Shown: positions 51,193-64,000 of the stretch, in pieces
How the letters are laid out: each line of letters opens with the position of its first letter
Position numbering within the stretch: the stretch's first letter is position 1
Source: Lama glama
Lineage: Eukaryota
Assembly: GCA_028534125.1 (NCBI GenBank)
Contig: CM052818.1
Coordinates: 3,040,001-3,104,000 of the forward strand
Length of the DNA stretch: 64,000 bases
Direction: 5' to 3'
Translations under genes and position numbers: made by a program
The notes under the pieces: generated by a model
Told to the model about the DNA's origin: nothing
Database searches by the model: none
Seen by the model: only the letters and a program-made list of their open reading frames with translations

Positions 51193-52129
51193 AATATATT
51201 TATCAGAAAGTTAGATATAAGTAACTAGTAGTTTCTGCTAATCTATAGCTTGAATAGCCCTCTTTCTTTTTAAACTACATATATATGACCCTTAACCATG
51301 TATTCATTCATTCATTCATTCATTTATTCATTGAACAAATAATTATGGAGCATCAGCTTTGGGCCAGGCACTGTTCCAGGTGCTGAGGATGCAGAGGTCA
51401 ATACAACACAGAAAAAATCCCCGCCCTAGTGGAGCATTTGTTCTAGTTGGGTAAACAGGCAATAAAAAAATTAATAAATGTAAGCAAATTACCTAGGAGT
51501 TTAGAGGATGATCATCATTAAGGAGAAAAGTAAATGAAAAAGTAAGGCTGGGAATGCTTGGAGTTGGCAGGGCTGCAGCTCTAAATAAGACGGTCCAAAA
51601 AAATAAGCAGAGTGGTCAAGGGAAGCCTCACTGAGAAGGTGACATCTGAGCAAAGGCCTGAAGGAGGTGAGGATACAAGCCCTGCAGTACCGGGAGGGGG
51701 TGGTATTTCGGGCAGAGGTAAGAGCAGCACAAAAGCCTTCCGACAGAAGCACGCCTGCTCTGCTCAAGGAACAGTGCGGCCAGTGCAGCCGACGCAGGGA
51801 GATCAGGAGAGCAGGAGGAGGCCCAGTCAGAAAAAAGGAAGGGAGAGGGAGGAAGCACTCCTAAAATGATGGAGGAAGGACCTTAGAACATCTGCCCCGA
51901 CATAAAAGCTGTGGCACACATTGAACATCAACTTTTTCAAGACTCTGGAAATAAACAAAACACTTGTCCAAATCCCAGGAGTATTTATTCAAGCTAAATG
52001 GCTGAATGTTGGTAAGAAGAAATGAGCCCTGTGGCACTTGAACTTGCTTTGTTCCCATTCTCCTCTTGCTGGCAACAAGGCAGCCTTCAAAATCGGCAGC
52101 CTTGCCACTGCAATCTTGCTGTGACCCAG

Positions 52130-52355
52130 CAAGCTGGAAGCCACAGGATAAGGCAGGTCTGGAGAGCCCCCAAAATTCCTATGCTTGGGTGATTACCTTG
52201 GGCCCATCTAAATAATGAAGAATATCTCCCCACTTTGAGTCCCTTAACTTAATTATATTTACAAAGTTCCTTTTACCATGTAAGGTAACACATTCACAGG
52301 TTCCAGGGATTAGGACGTGGAAACCTTGCAGAGGAAGGCATTATTCAGCCTACCC
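52130..52355 (-). mobile_element. MLT1 (MaLR) LTR fragment
   Basis: gggcccatctaaataat...ccttaacttaattatatttacaaagttccttttaccatgtaaggtaacacattcacaggttccagggattaggacgtgg. Confidence 0.7.
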
Positions 52356-53550
52356 CAGGAGGCTACTCCAACAATCCAGACTACAGATAAGAGTGGCTTG
52401 GATCAAACTGGTAGCAGTAATGATGGCAAGAAGTGGTGAAGTTTTGGATTTTTTTTTTTAAAGACTGCATACTTTTTAAAGATAGGATTCAAGATAGACT
52501 GGATTTGGGAAATGAGAGAACAAAAAAAAGAGTAAAAAATGACTCAAAATATTGTTACGAGTAACTTTTTTCCTTTTAGGGAAAAAAAGGGGATGTTTAT
52601 AAAGCCTTTCACTCTGAGCTCTTTCAGTCTCAGATCAAGAAGTGTGAAGGATCTAACATATCCCCAGACATACACTAAGTACTGGGGACAAGAGTGAGCT
52701 TTAGCCTAGCCTATCAGCCAAGGTATCGCAACAGGAAGCCATCAGTGGACCACAGGGTTCAATGCAATAAGTATCTGAGTGAATATCTACTACGTTCTAG
52801 TTAATGAGCATACTGTGGAACAACACAAGTTGAGCATGTGGTGTGCACATACAATGCCTAAGAGATGTTTGAAAAGAGAGATGAATGGTGACTAGGGAAT
52901 TAGGGGAAGGTGCCCAGAGTATTAAGAAAGGGGTGAGATAAGAGACTGAACTCTGGGATAAGGAATGGCATCCAGGCAGAAGAATTGCCTAAATAAATGC
53001 TCAGAACTGGAAATTAACTTGGAAGTGTGGATATCAGGGGCTGCAAGTTCTCTACCCAAGTACCTCCAACAACAGAGAAAAATGAGTGCATCCTCCCAGG
53101 GTGTAGGGTGTTGCCTAACACAAGCGTGAACCGTCTTTCAAGTGTCACGGATTACTACTGCCACACGGACCTGGGCTCACACTGTGCACACTCTGGAACG
53201 GAAGCACAAAAATGACAATGCACTTCCTCGAAGCCGGTCAGCAGACCTCCCCAAAAGTTCCTACAGAAAATCACAAGCCACTTTCAAAAGGAGCCAACTG
53301 GATCTGTCATATGTATTCCAAAAAAAAGAGCGAAAATGTTGAGCGAGGACTTTAATTTTCTACACCATTCAAAGAAAAAAACTCAAGAATATTCTCCAAT
53401 TGTGCATTTTAACCTAGTGGTCTCAACTCTGATTATTAAGATTCACCTAAGATGAACATACCAATGCCCAGATCCTACTCCAGAACAATGAAATAAAAAT
53501 TCTCTGGGATAGAGCACAGTGTTCTCATTTTTAAAAGATCCCCGGGTCGC

Positions 53551-53698
53551 GGAGGAAGGTATGTAACTCAGTGGTAGAGCGCATGCTTAATTAGCATGCA
53601 CAAGGTCCTGGGTTCAATCCTCAGTACCTCTATTAAAAAAAAATACATGTATGTGTGTGTGTATACGTATACATATATATGCCAAATTACCTCCCCCT
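53551..53698 (+). mobile_element. Camelid-type SINE inserted in a MER5-like element (53417-53755)
   Basis: SINE body flanked by taaaagatcccc / taaaaattcccc; MER5 ends agtggtctcaac and gttgagaactactg. Confidence 0.8.
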
Positions 53699-53921
53699 GG
53701 TAGTAAAAATTCCCCATGTGAATACCATTTGCAGTCAGGGTTGAGAACTACTGCTTTACTGAAATGTAAGGATTCCTCTCTTGGCAACTTCTGTGGCTCC
53801 CAATCCTGGCTTCTGTGACATGGGTGATACTGCAAATATTTAACAACTGGTACAGCATTAAATAGAAAGTAGACTGACTCCAGCACTGGAACTGAATCAA
53901 GGCTTCGTGCTGGGAGGGGAC

Positions 53922-54012
53922 GGGGGAGGGTATATAGCTCAGTAGTAGAGTGTGTGTGCCTAGCATGCATGAGGTCCTGGGTTCAACCCCCAGTACCTCC
54001 ATTTTAAAAAAA
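53922..54012 (+). mobile_element. Camelid-type SINE
   Basis: A and B boxes, A-rich tail. Confidence 0.85.
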
Positions 54013-54348
54013 AGACTCCCTGCAGGGGGCAGGGGAGGAGGTTCCTGAGGAAGACAAAACAGGCAGGCAGCAGCTATTTCACAACCCCAGCAGTATTTCA
54101 CTACTTCAGCTACTGGCACACGCTGGCTCAATACCTGCCTTCTCACCAACTATCTCACAGGGTATGATAAAATTACCAAAATAAGATTTGCATGATCTTG
54201 GTTTATTGAAAGAAACAGACATGTCTGATGCATGACCCTTTAAAAAACAGAAAGGTCAGTGCTATATAATCAAGTATCAAAGATACACCGGAGAGGGGCA
54301 GTCATTCCATAGTTTGGAAACTGTTTCCTAAAATCAAAAATAGTACAG

Positions 54349-54470
54349 AGGGGAGGCTATAGCTCAGTGGTAGAGCGCGTGCCTAGCATGCATGAGGTCC
54401 TAGGTTCAATCCCCAGTACTTCTATTAAAGATAAATTAATAACCTAATTACCTCCTCCCACCAAAAAAAG
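54349..54470 (+). mobile_element. Camelid-type SINE
   Basis: A and B boxes, cctaattacctcc tail motif. Confidence 0.85.
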
Positions 54471-55050
54471 CAAACAAGCAACACCCTCACTCGGTCTTTT
54501 TTACAGTTCTGTAATATACAGAATTCACTTCAAAAGTGATTTCTTGATCTCTCAAAGGGCAATTCTCTACATGTCAAGCAAGCCACAGATAGGAAAACCG
54601 GCAGGGCTGTGTCTGATGCCATGAGAACTTGAGTTTCCTGCTAAGCGTGCACCAACATGCCACCTTTTTTTTAAAAAGGGAACGGCTGTCTCTATACAAG
54701 TTCTATATATTTTCCTAGTTAACTGCTGTCTCTCTATCAGAAGGTATGTTCTCTGAGGGCACGGACATGTTCTAGGTTCTATATCTTTAGGACTTAGAAT
54801 AGTGCCTGGCACATACTAAACAGTATTTGGTGAATGAATAAATGAATGACTACTTTAAAACAACCTGCACTGCAGCCAAACTTAACATACCCACTGGAAA
54901 GATGTTCAAGGAACTGACCTCAGAATGATGTTTAGAACAAAAGGAATTCCTAACTACTATAAGTTAAAGAAACTAAAGTATATTCATCCTATGTAACTCT
55001 TACATTTGTTCTGGTCAATACTTGATCACATGACATGTAATTTTACCTTC

Positions 55051-55169
55051 TTTTTTTTTTTAATCATTATTTTTTTAGTTTTCACCTTAATGGAGGCACT
55101 GGGGATTGAACCCAGGACCTTGCGCACACCAAACACATGCTCTACCACTCAGCTATATCACTCACCCCC
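55051..55169 (-). mobile_element. Camelid-type SINE (reverse orientation)
   Basis: ggggattgaacccaggacct...tctaccactcagctata; TSD-like aatttt(a)ccttc on both sides. Confidence 0.85.
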
Positions 55170-56097
55170 AAATTTTCCTTCTTAACAATTCTTTTACTAT
55201 GTTGGAACAATCATAGTAATGAAATATTACTAGCATTTACAAGTTAAATCATTCCAGCATCTAAAACTGTAAACCAGCATAAAAGTCAGTACATGCCAGC
55301 AAACTTAAAAAAACTGATTGTATCTTTCAAAGCTAGATTGGTAACTTTATGTTATTTTTTTCCTACTTAACAAAGCAATGCCCAGTCATACACATGGAAA
55401 ATTTCGAAAACAACAGAAAAACATAAAGAAGAAGGGGCACCTGTATTCTAACTACCCAGAACAAGGCTGAAATTGAATATCTTAATTTAAATTCTTGAGG
55501 CATAAAACTGATACTCTATTCCAGGCTGCTGGCTCACTGAAACATCATCCCATAATCAAATACAGCTCCTTTAAGTCTTCTGATCCCTTCTACAAGCTCT
55601 TGCACACATTACCTCATTGATCTACTCACAACCCTAACACACTTCAGAAATTAAGAGTGAGGACCCTGGAGCCAGATTGCCTGGGTGAGAACTCCAGCCC
55701 CACCCCCTACTCGCTGGGTGTACTTGCCCACCTGAAACCTCTCTAAGCCGCCACCTCCCACATCTGTAAAAAGAAGCTAATCACACTACCTACCTCAGAG
55801 AGCCGTCATGAGACTTTAAGGATTTAGTATTTGTAGAGTAATTAAAAGTGTCTGACAAAACAAAATGAGCATTTGCAAAATATACTTGAGCATCTGCAAA
55901 AATAATTTCAGAGGCGAAAATAAACTCCCCTTTCAATTTCCAAGTGGATACATGGTCTGCATAATTTATGCAAAACATTTTGCCTAACAATCTGACAAAC
56001 AGGCCTTGCGGTTAGGTATAGAACTGTTCCAAAAAACTCTGATTCTAAACATCATCTAATAAAAGGTCTTAGGTTAGATGGAATAGAAAAAAATTAC

Positions 56098-56272
56098 CTC
56101 ATAAACTTGTCTAATATATCCTCTACCCACATGTGCATTCGGAGGGACTGAAATCCATAGTGCCAAATTAGTTTAATCATGTTAATTATAAACCAGCTGC
56201 TCTCCTCATATACCAGAGTCTCTCCGTTATACACCCCAACTAGGCCACTAGGGCTCTGAACGGCAGAGAGAC
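56098..56272 (-). CDS. PCYOX1: PCYOX1 coding exon 3 ([28 protein letters not shown]...DKFMR)
   Basis: ttttgcag acceptor, gtaatt donor, 175 nt; absent from the ORF track. Confidence 0.95.
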
Positions 56273-57024
56273 CTGCAAAAACAAAGAAAGGGTAGCTAAG
56301 TCAGTGGTGTCCACGCTGATCAAAGGAAAGAAGGTAATCTGAAGCTACTGGAGACACTGTGAAGTGAGCGAATTCCGGGCTTCCCCTAGTTCTCAGGAGA
56401 CATATCCAAGCTCTATCTTTAGAACAGTGTGTGATACCCTAGACACTCACCACACTGTCCAAAAGCAGATTCCCTGAAAGATGGCTTAGATGATTGTGCA
56501 GATGTATCAAAATTAGACTGGCTATATTTAGTCTAAAAAGACGAAAAAGTCAAAAGAAAAAGCCAGAGTGCCAGCTGAGTTCAACTTAAAAACTGAAATG
56601 TTAGATAGGATTTTTTGCAGCATAAATTGCTCCTGGCATCCACTTGCCTTCATGGAGGAAAGAGGCCCAGGGAACATCCACAGGAGATATGGAAAGCAGC
56701 TAAGGAAAAGGCAGCCCCACTCTTGGGCAAATCCTATTTTGCATAACTGGGTATTTCTGATAACTGGAAGGAGGCCAAAATTACACAATATTCACTGAGG
56801 AAAGAGCCTGTAGAGGCCTGCAGAATTCCCCCAACACCTGTCAGGCACCTCTGCTGGTAGGGAAGCAGTCAGATGTCCCAAGTTCCAGGCACATGTTTGC
56901 ACCTAAAGCTGTGTGACTTTAAGCCAGACACTTCAAGTCTCTGGGCCTCATTCCCCAAGATGTAAGATGAACACACTAGGTTTCTGCTAACTCAAACCAT
57001 TCTTTGACTCTTTTTATTTTTGAT

Positions 57025-57350
57025 TTTTTTTAAATTGAAATATAGTCGGTTTACAATGTTGTGTTAATTTCTGGTATACAGCATAGTGATTCAGTAATAT
57101 ATATTATACATACATATATATTCCTTGTCATATTCTTTTTCATTATAGGCTATTACAAGGTAGTGAATATATTTTCCTGTGCTATACAGTAGGACCTTAT
57201 TGTTTATCTATTTTAAATATAGTAGTTAATATCTGCAGATTCTGAACTCCCAATTTATCCCTCCAACCCCTCTTTGCCCCTAGTAACTATAGGTCTGTTT
57301 TCTATGTCTGTGAGTCTGTTTCTGCTCCATAAATTAGTTCATTTGTGTTT
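57025..57350 (-). mobile_element. L1 3'-end fragment
   Basis: Same family as 10255-10510. Confidence 0.8.
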
Positions 57351-57654
57351 TTTTTTAAGCATTCTCTGATTCTTTAACAGGAACCCAGAGGTTTAAGAAC
57401 CAACAACAGTAACCATCCCCACCCTGCGCCCCATGTCTGTAATTCCAGATAACTGAAGATACAGATAACTAGTGCCCCATTACAGCAGCACAGAACCTGA
57501 GGCAGAACGAATGGCTAGAAGGAAAGTGCGGGAAATAGTTTTACCAGCTTCTCTGTAAAAGACAACTGACAAGGCAGAAGAGTTTCAGTTCCCTGTCTGA
57601 CAACAATATCCATGGATATTGAAACCTGCTTAGCTGGAAGACAAAATTACATAC

Positions 57655-57861
57655 CCAGGTCCTTGACGAAACGCTTCATGTGCAGATTTAAAGGATGGAT
57701 GATAGAGCCTCCTGCCTCATATTCGTGTCCCTGCATAGTCAACGTGGCCAGACGGCCCCCCACCTCTCCTTTTTCAATCACGTGAATCTTCACATGTTCC
57801 CCAAATTTCTGCCGCAGACAATAGGCTGCTGAAGTGCCACCAATTCCAGCTCCAATAATAG
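57655..57861 (-). CDS. PCYOX1: PCYOX1 coding exon 2 ([14 protein letters not shown]...GGRLAT...[21 protein letters not shown])
   Basis: FAD-binding GxGxxG Rossmann motif and GGR motif; tag acceptor, gtatgt donor; 207 nt. Confidence 0.96.
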
Positions 57862-58479
57862 CTATGGGGAGAAAAAAAAAAAAAAGAAGAGTTCATTTTT
57901 CCCTCTTACCAGCTTTGTAGGTTTTGTTAGTTTTTGAAAGGCTGTAAATCAAATTTTTTTAAAAATGTTACTTAAGCCTGTTAAAAACAATTTAAGGCAG
58001 GCTGGTGGAGGGGGTAAGGCGGGAGTGACAGTTGCAGTGAAGATAGAATTCTGAATCTGGGCAGCCACTGCTCCCATTCAAAAGTGGTAGTAGATTAACT
58101 TATAAATTGATATTAATTGGGGGTTGTGTTTGGTTGGTTGGTTTGGTTTGGGTTTTTGGTTTATTTTGGGTGTTTTTTGTTTTTGCCAGATGCCCCAAGA
58201 TTCTCACAGTTCTTTGCGAAGGTACCAAGTGGTCCGCACACCCTTCTTTGTGCCCTACGCATGGGAACAGAGGAGGTGGGGCCTTCCCAGCACGCATTTT
58301 AAATAAAGTGGCCGCCATTTTTCCCTGGATGTGGTCTGTCTCGTTAATACAAACAGGCTCCTGAACCCAAAGAGCAGAGCCTTATTTAAGGGGAATAAAA
58401 ATAATAACAATAATAATAAGCCAAGCAACACAAAACAAACAGGGAGCAAAACACCACGAAGACTGAAACTAGAAAGAGT

Positions 58480-59460
58480 GACGGTTTCGGCTGTGTAGTC
58501 GTCCCAGGCAGAGAAATTGTGCACGCCACGGGCCTCCGCCAGCCGGCGGACTTCAGCGGAGCCGACGGGGGAAGGGCGCCCCAGCCCATCATGGGAAGCA
58601 GGCGCGGTCAGCGCGGTCAGCCTGTTTGCACTGCTGGGTGTGCTGTGCCCGCGTGCGCCTCTCGTCTGCAGAGCTGAAGCGGCCCATTGCTCCAAGACGA
58701 GCCAAAGGGCTGGCCTCCCACAAGTGCAGCAAAGGGAGGCGGCGAGAGGGACCTCGGCCACCTGGAGCCCCAGGCCTCCCAAGACAGGTTCTGCAGGGCC
58801 GCTTGGTCCGGGTCCCTCCCTCCACGGCCGGTTCCTCAAGTGGGCCTGTCTCAATGCCCGGGAAGGCGCGGTCCCCGGGGAACAAAAAGTGGCCCCCAAG
58901 GTGCTAACAGGGAAGATCACGACTTGCGCAGAGGGCTGGTTCCGCGCTGCCCGGCAGGCTCATGGGTGCCGGGAACGGCGCATCAGGCAGCGGCAGCCGG
59001 GTGCGGGGCGCGCTCTCGCAACCCCCTGCCCCCGCCGCCTCCTTCTCGCCTACCGATCTTCTCCGGCGCAGCCCGCGGCTCAGCGCTCCCGGGGCAACCC
59101 CAGCCACACAGCAGCAGCAGCCCCAGCCATAGCCCCACAGCCGAGCAAGCGAGCTTCCCCGCGGTGCACTTCATGTCTCTCCCAGCGCTGCAGACCGACT
59201 AGAGCGCCGGGCTGTCAGCCCCTGTTTGAGCCTGCGCTCTCCGTCCGCCCCGCCCCGTGGCTGGCCTCGCCCCCCCAAGCCCCGCCCAGTTACCCCCACC
59301 CCCACCCCATACCCCAGTGCAGGCCCCTGACACCCGAAGTCCACACTTCCCTCCAGGCGCTCCCAATCCGGGTCCCATTGGTCCCCCAAGCCCGCCCTGC
59401 CCCTCCGAATACCATCCTGCTTCAGAGAGACACCAAAAGCCCCAGGGGAGGCGGACCCCA
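58480..59460 (-). promoter_or_regulatory. PCYOX1 CpG island / promoter
   Basis: CpG-dense; GC boxes (ccgccccgcccc near 59245). Confidence 0.85.
59054..59174 (-). CDS. PCYOX1: PCYOX1 coding exon 1 (signal peptide MKCTAGKLACSAVGLWLGLLLLCGWGCPGSAEPRAAPEKI)
   Basis: Hydrophobic signal peptide; gtaggc donor in phase 1 matching exon 2; six exons sum to 1527 nt = 508 aa + stop. Confidence 0.93.
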
Positions 59461-60947
59461 CCTTTTAATTTCCTCAGTAGTGCCCTCTTCCGTCTCATCA
59501 AACGCTCTTGCTCAAAGAATGCACATGGCTAGTCGCTGTCAGGTACAGACGGGTTGCAACAAACACTGAGTGATCGCTATGTTCACTGTGTTAGGGAATG
59601 TTGGATATGAAATAAATGGGTAAATGGTGCTAGACGAAAGGAAAGAAAAATGGGGGAGACCAGGGATGGGGTGGTCCAAAGCGAAGGGAGAGGAAAAGTA
59701 ATGACAGACATGAATGAAAGTATTGTATCCATGTCATATAGTGGAACATTATGCAAGCATTAAAAAAATGTAGGATTTGTATCTATTGTCCTAGTATTGT
59801 CAGGTGAGAAAAGCTGCTGACTGAGTAATGGGTATTATATGATCCTATTTCTGTTATTACAATACCCCATCCAAACAAAAAAAAGGGAAAAGAAAAAAAG
59901 AAAAACTAGTACATGAACATGAAGAACAGTATGGATGGAAGGAAAGTAAGTTTGATAAAAAGAATAACCTTTCTAACTTTGAGAGAAGTAGAAAATCCAC
60001 TACAAAAAGGATTCATTTATTGGACAAATATTTATTGACTTCCTTCCAAGTGGCAGGCAATGTTCCAGGTACTTGAGAAAGAAACAGTGAATAAAACAGA
60101 TTTTTTAAAATATTTATTCTCATAATGCAGACATTCTAGTGGAGGGAGATAGACAATAATTAGAATAAATGAACAAATGATGTAATATAGACTGGGGAAA
60201 GAGGATTGCAGAATGGCTTGCAATTTTGAATAGCTTGGTCAGGGTAGACCTCACTGACCAGGATGGCATTTAAGCACTTAAGCAAAAGTTTGCAGAAGTG
60301 AGGGGTTGAGCCAGGTGAATATCTGGGGAAAGAGATTTCTAGGCAAAGAGAATGAATGTCTGGCATGGTTAAGGAACAGGATGGAGGCCAGTGGAGCAGA
60401 GTAAGAAAGGGGGAATGGAGGTGTTTCTGGAACAAGATGCAAATCATACATGAATTAAATACTTCTACTTAAGAACATAAAAATATGAAGATTAAATCTC
60501 CTTTTTCTACAAATTACAAAGAAAGAACTAAATTATGTGTCTTTTCTTTTTCCAAGTTACATTATGCTCACAACGCCTCACTACATTAAGCCTAAAAGGC
60601 CTTCAGTAAATATGTCGGCTGATTAGAATTAACCATGTCAGTAAACTTGACACAAGTGTCCTAAGTGGAAACTTTCATTTCTGCTTCTGAAACATTAGGA
60701 AAATTTTTTCAGAAAGGACCCTCGGTGAAGAGGCAGTATACAGAACTTGCAAAGTGGAGGTGGATTGAAGGCTTTCTTGTTCTGCACTCTTGCCTTTTCA
60801 AGAAATATTATCACTAAAACTCAAAAAGATTAGTTTTTTTAATCATGGGAATTGTTGCCACAAATATGAAGTGCAATATAATAAGGTGTATTAGAATATT
60901 TATTTAGAGTGTTGTTCGAAAAAGCAATCTCCTTTGGAAACTAAACA

Positions 60948-61490
60948 CTGACTAAGATTCTCTCCTTGACCAAATTCTAGCCAAGTTCCTCAGAGCACTC
61001 TTTCCAACAGGGGCTCAACTTAAGCATATAAAGACTTGAACAAACACTAACATCAGTTACCACAGCTCAGAGCTGCATCCTTCCAGTGAGCTTAGCTCAC
61101 CTTAAAGTGGCTATCTGAGTAAACACAAGGCTGCCAAAAAAAATTTAATGTTCGTTCCAGCCAACAAATGAAGATAGAGCCCTTACCTCCTAGCCTTTGT
61201 GGGAGGACAGGGAACTGAATTTGATAAGCAGCAATTAACGAGAGCAGAGGCGTTTCACCTGCCTAACTGCTGCTACTTCTGAATTTTTGTAATCTTTCAC
61301 TTCCCTAGCTCTACTGAGCCCCTATTCATCCCCACCCCACCCCTATTCCATCATTCTCCTTTTAAAACATGAGATCGCCTATAACTAAATCAAAGTCTAT
61401 TTGTACAACTCACACTGGACTTCTTCCTGTTACAACAGTATATTATTGATTAAAATTTAGACGTCGATTACAGTCCAGCTTTGTATTCAC
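60948..61490 (+). mobile_element. ERV1-class LTR (MER31/MER67-like)
   Basis: tgactaagattctctccttgaccaaattctagcc start recalled from the consensus. Confidence 0.55.
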
Positions 61491-61699
61491 ACTGGACTTT
61501 TCCCCACTGAAATGGCATACTACTGAAAAAGGTTAAAATTCAACCAGTCTGGCTTTGACAACAATCAAATCAAGAATTCTGCCATGTCTCCAGGTTTTGT
61601 TTTTTTCCATTAAAACTACCTTGAAGAAATTCATTTTCCTATGTTCTTACTTTCACACATCTCATTTCTTTCTCATTCTGAATAGCCTAACTGGTATTT

Positions 61700-62340
61700 A
61701 TTGTGTCTTATGCAAGATAGGAAATTCAGAAGCAATATGAGAAAAGATAAACCTATTTGATTACATAAAACACAAACATTTTCAGATAGCAAGAGACAGA
61801 ATTATGAAAGTTAAAAAAAAATGAGAAAAAGTATTTGCCACTAAAGTGACAGACTAGATGGTGGTTTATATCACAAACATACAAAGAGCTCTACAAATGG
61901 ATAAGAAGCAGTAAAAAACTCAATATAAATACAGACTAAGTACATGAATAGGCAAATTACAAAAGAGAAAGCAAGTGCCATTGGTCAAAAAAGCACACAT
62001 GAAGAAATGTTCAACTCCAGTAGCACTTTAGACGAGTGCAAATGCAAGTGAGGAGATACTAGTTTTTATGGATCATATTGGCAAATATTAGTAAGACTAA
62101 TAACATCTTAATGAAGGAGAAAATAAGGTGGAGTAGATGGAGATCTCAGGAGCTGACTCTGTTGGGGGGAGTGTGAATGACTAAAACCTTTGAAAAACGA
62201 TTATTTACTAAGATATAGAGAGAGATACCATTTAATCAAGAAATATCATGCTTGGAAATGTATTCTACAGAAATAAAAGAACCACTCATAAGGAAAAATG
62301 TACCAGGGTGCTTACTGCAACACTGTAGTGGCAAGGGGTG
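61700..62340 (+). mobile_element. Old L1M ORF2 C-terminal remnant
   Basis: gagaaaaagtatttgc, caaagagctctacaaat, acatgaataggcaaattacaaaaga motifs. Confidence 0.65.
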
Positions 62341-62354
62341 GGGAGGCACTAGGT

Positions 62355-64000
62355 ATAAAATTCTAACAGACATAAGGAGAAATTGACTGAAACGCAATAA
62401 CAGTAGAGATGCTAACATCCCACTTACATCAACAGACAGATCTTCCATGCAGAAAACCAATAAGGAAAAGAAAAGGAAAAAAAAGAAAAAGAAAAGAAAA
62501 TTACAGACCAATATCACTGATGAACATAGATGCAAAAATCCTCAACAAAATATGAGCAAACTGAAGCCAACAATATGTTAAAAGGGTCACACACCATGAT
62601 CAAGCAGGCTTTATCCTAGAAATGCAAGAATGGTTCAGTATCTAATAATCAATAAATGGGACATACTACACCAACTAATCAAAAAATAAAAACCATATGA
62701 TTATCTCAATACATGCATGAAAAGCTTTCAACAAAATTCAACATCCATTTAGGATAAAAACTCTGAATAAAGTGGGTATAGAGGGAACATACATCAACAC
62801 AATAAAGGCCATATATGATAAGCCCACAGCTACCATACTTAGCGGCAAAAAGCTGAAAGCATTTCCTCTAAGATCAGTAGCAAGGCAAGGATGCTCACTC
62901 TCGCCACTATTATTCAACCAGTATTGGAAGTCCCAGCAACAGCAATCAGACAAGAGTAAGAAATAAAAAGAATATAAATTGGAAACTAATAAATAACACT
63001 ATAACTGTTTGCAGATGATATATATTATACATAAAAATTCTAATGATGTCATTTAAAAGATTACTAGTGCTCATCAAGGAATTCAGTAAAGTTGCAGAAA
63101 ACAAAATTAATATACAGAAATCTGTTGCATTTCCATACACTAACAACAAACTATCAGAAAGTGATATTAAGGAAACAATCCCATTTACAATCGCATAAAA
63201 AAGAATAAAATACTTAGGAATAAACCTATATAGGGAAATATAAGACCTATACTCAGAAAACTATAACATACTGATGAAGGAAATTGAAAATGATACAAAC
63301 AGATGGAAAGACATGCCATGCTCGTGGATTGGAAGAATTAATATTGTTACAATGACCATAGATTGCCCAAGGCAATGCAATCCATATCAAAGCATCAACG
63401 GCATTTTTCACAGAACTAAAACAAATAATTTTAATATCTGTATGGAAGCACAAAAGATCCCAAATAGCCAAAGCAATCTTGAGAAAGAAGAACAGACCAG
63501 AAGGGATCACACCTCTTGACTTCAGGCTATACTACTAAGTCACAGTAATGAAAACAGTATGGCAATGACACAAAAATAGACGCATAGCTCATTGGAACAG
63601 AATAGAGTCCAGAAATGAACCCACACATATATGGACAATTAATCTATGACAAAGGAGGGAAAAACATACAATGGAGAAAGACAACCTTTTCAATAAACAA
63701 TGTTGGGAAAACTAGACAAATACATGCAAAAGAATTAAACTGGACTACTTTCCCACACCATGCACAAAAATAACTTCAAAATGGATTAAAAAACTTGAAA
63801 CCATAAAACTTCTCAATGAAAACACAGGCAGTTAGCTCTCTGATGTCGATCTTAGCAATATTCTTTTGGGTATGTTTCCTCAGGCAAGGGAAACAAAAGC
63901 AAAAATGAACAAATTGGATTACATTGAGCTACAAACTTCTGAACAGTGAAAGAAACTATCAACAAAATGAAAAGGCCACCAACTGAATTGGAGAAGATAT
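62355..64000 (+). mobile_element. LINE-1 ORF2 fragment (endonuclease piece plus RT region), running off the window
   Basis: [63 protein letters not shown]; disrupted by stops and frameshifts. Confidence 0.93.

Noticed and set aside
58255..59569. 350-aa, 221-aa and 171-aa ORFs around PCYOX1 exon 1
   Set aside because: Stop-poor GC-rich island sequence with low-complexity P/A/R composition and no homology evident
62772..63519. ORFs with RT similarity as an active element or domesticated gene
   Set aside because: Short fragments of a frameshifted, stop-ridden L1 ORF2

Overview
Mammalian genomic DNA, most likely camelid (repeated tRNA-derived Vic-1-like SINEs), syntenic with human 2p13.3 in reverse orientation. 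It contains three complete, canonically spliced genes: FAM136A (+, 3 coding exons, 138 aa), SNRPG (+, 4 coding exons, 76 aa) and PCYOX1 (-, 6 coding exons, 508 aa, tail-to-tail with SNRPG). A 500-N gap lies just upstream of FAM136A. The first ~30 kb is intergenic and repeat-rich. It holds a CSNK1A1 retrocopy that sits, together with a SINE, inside an MLT2 LTR, with readable target-site duplications. The most unusual observation is that this retrocopy is semi-processed: it starts with ~124 nt that look like the end of parental intron 1, including an intact splice acceptor. About 8 kb upstream on the same strand, an orphan NRF1/KLF promoter-like element is followed by an ATG-initiated 46-codon segment ending in a phase-0 donor, which could splice in frame to the kinase ORF. 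That chimera is a hypothesis only. I see no evidence for a new multi-gene system. Repeat family names and comparisons with human sequence are from memory and need RepeatMasker/BLAST confirmation.
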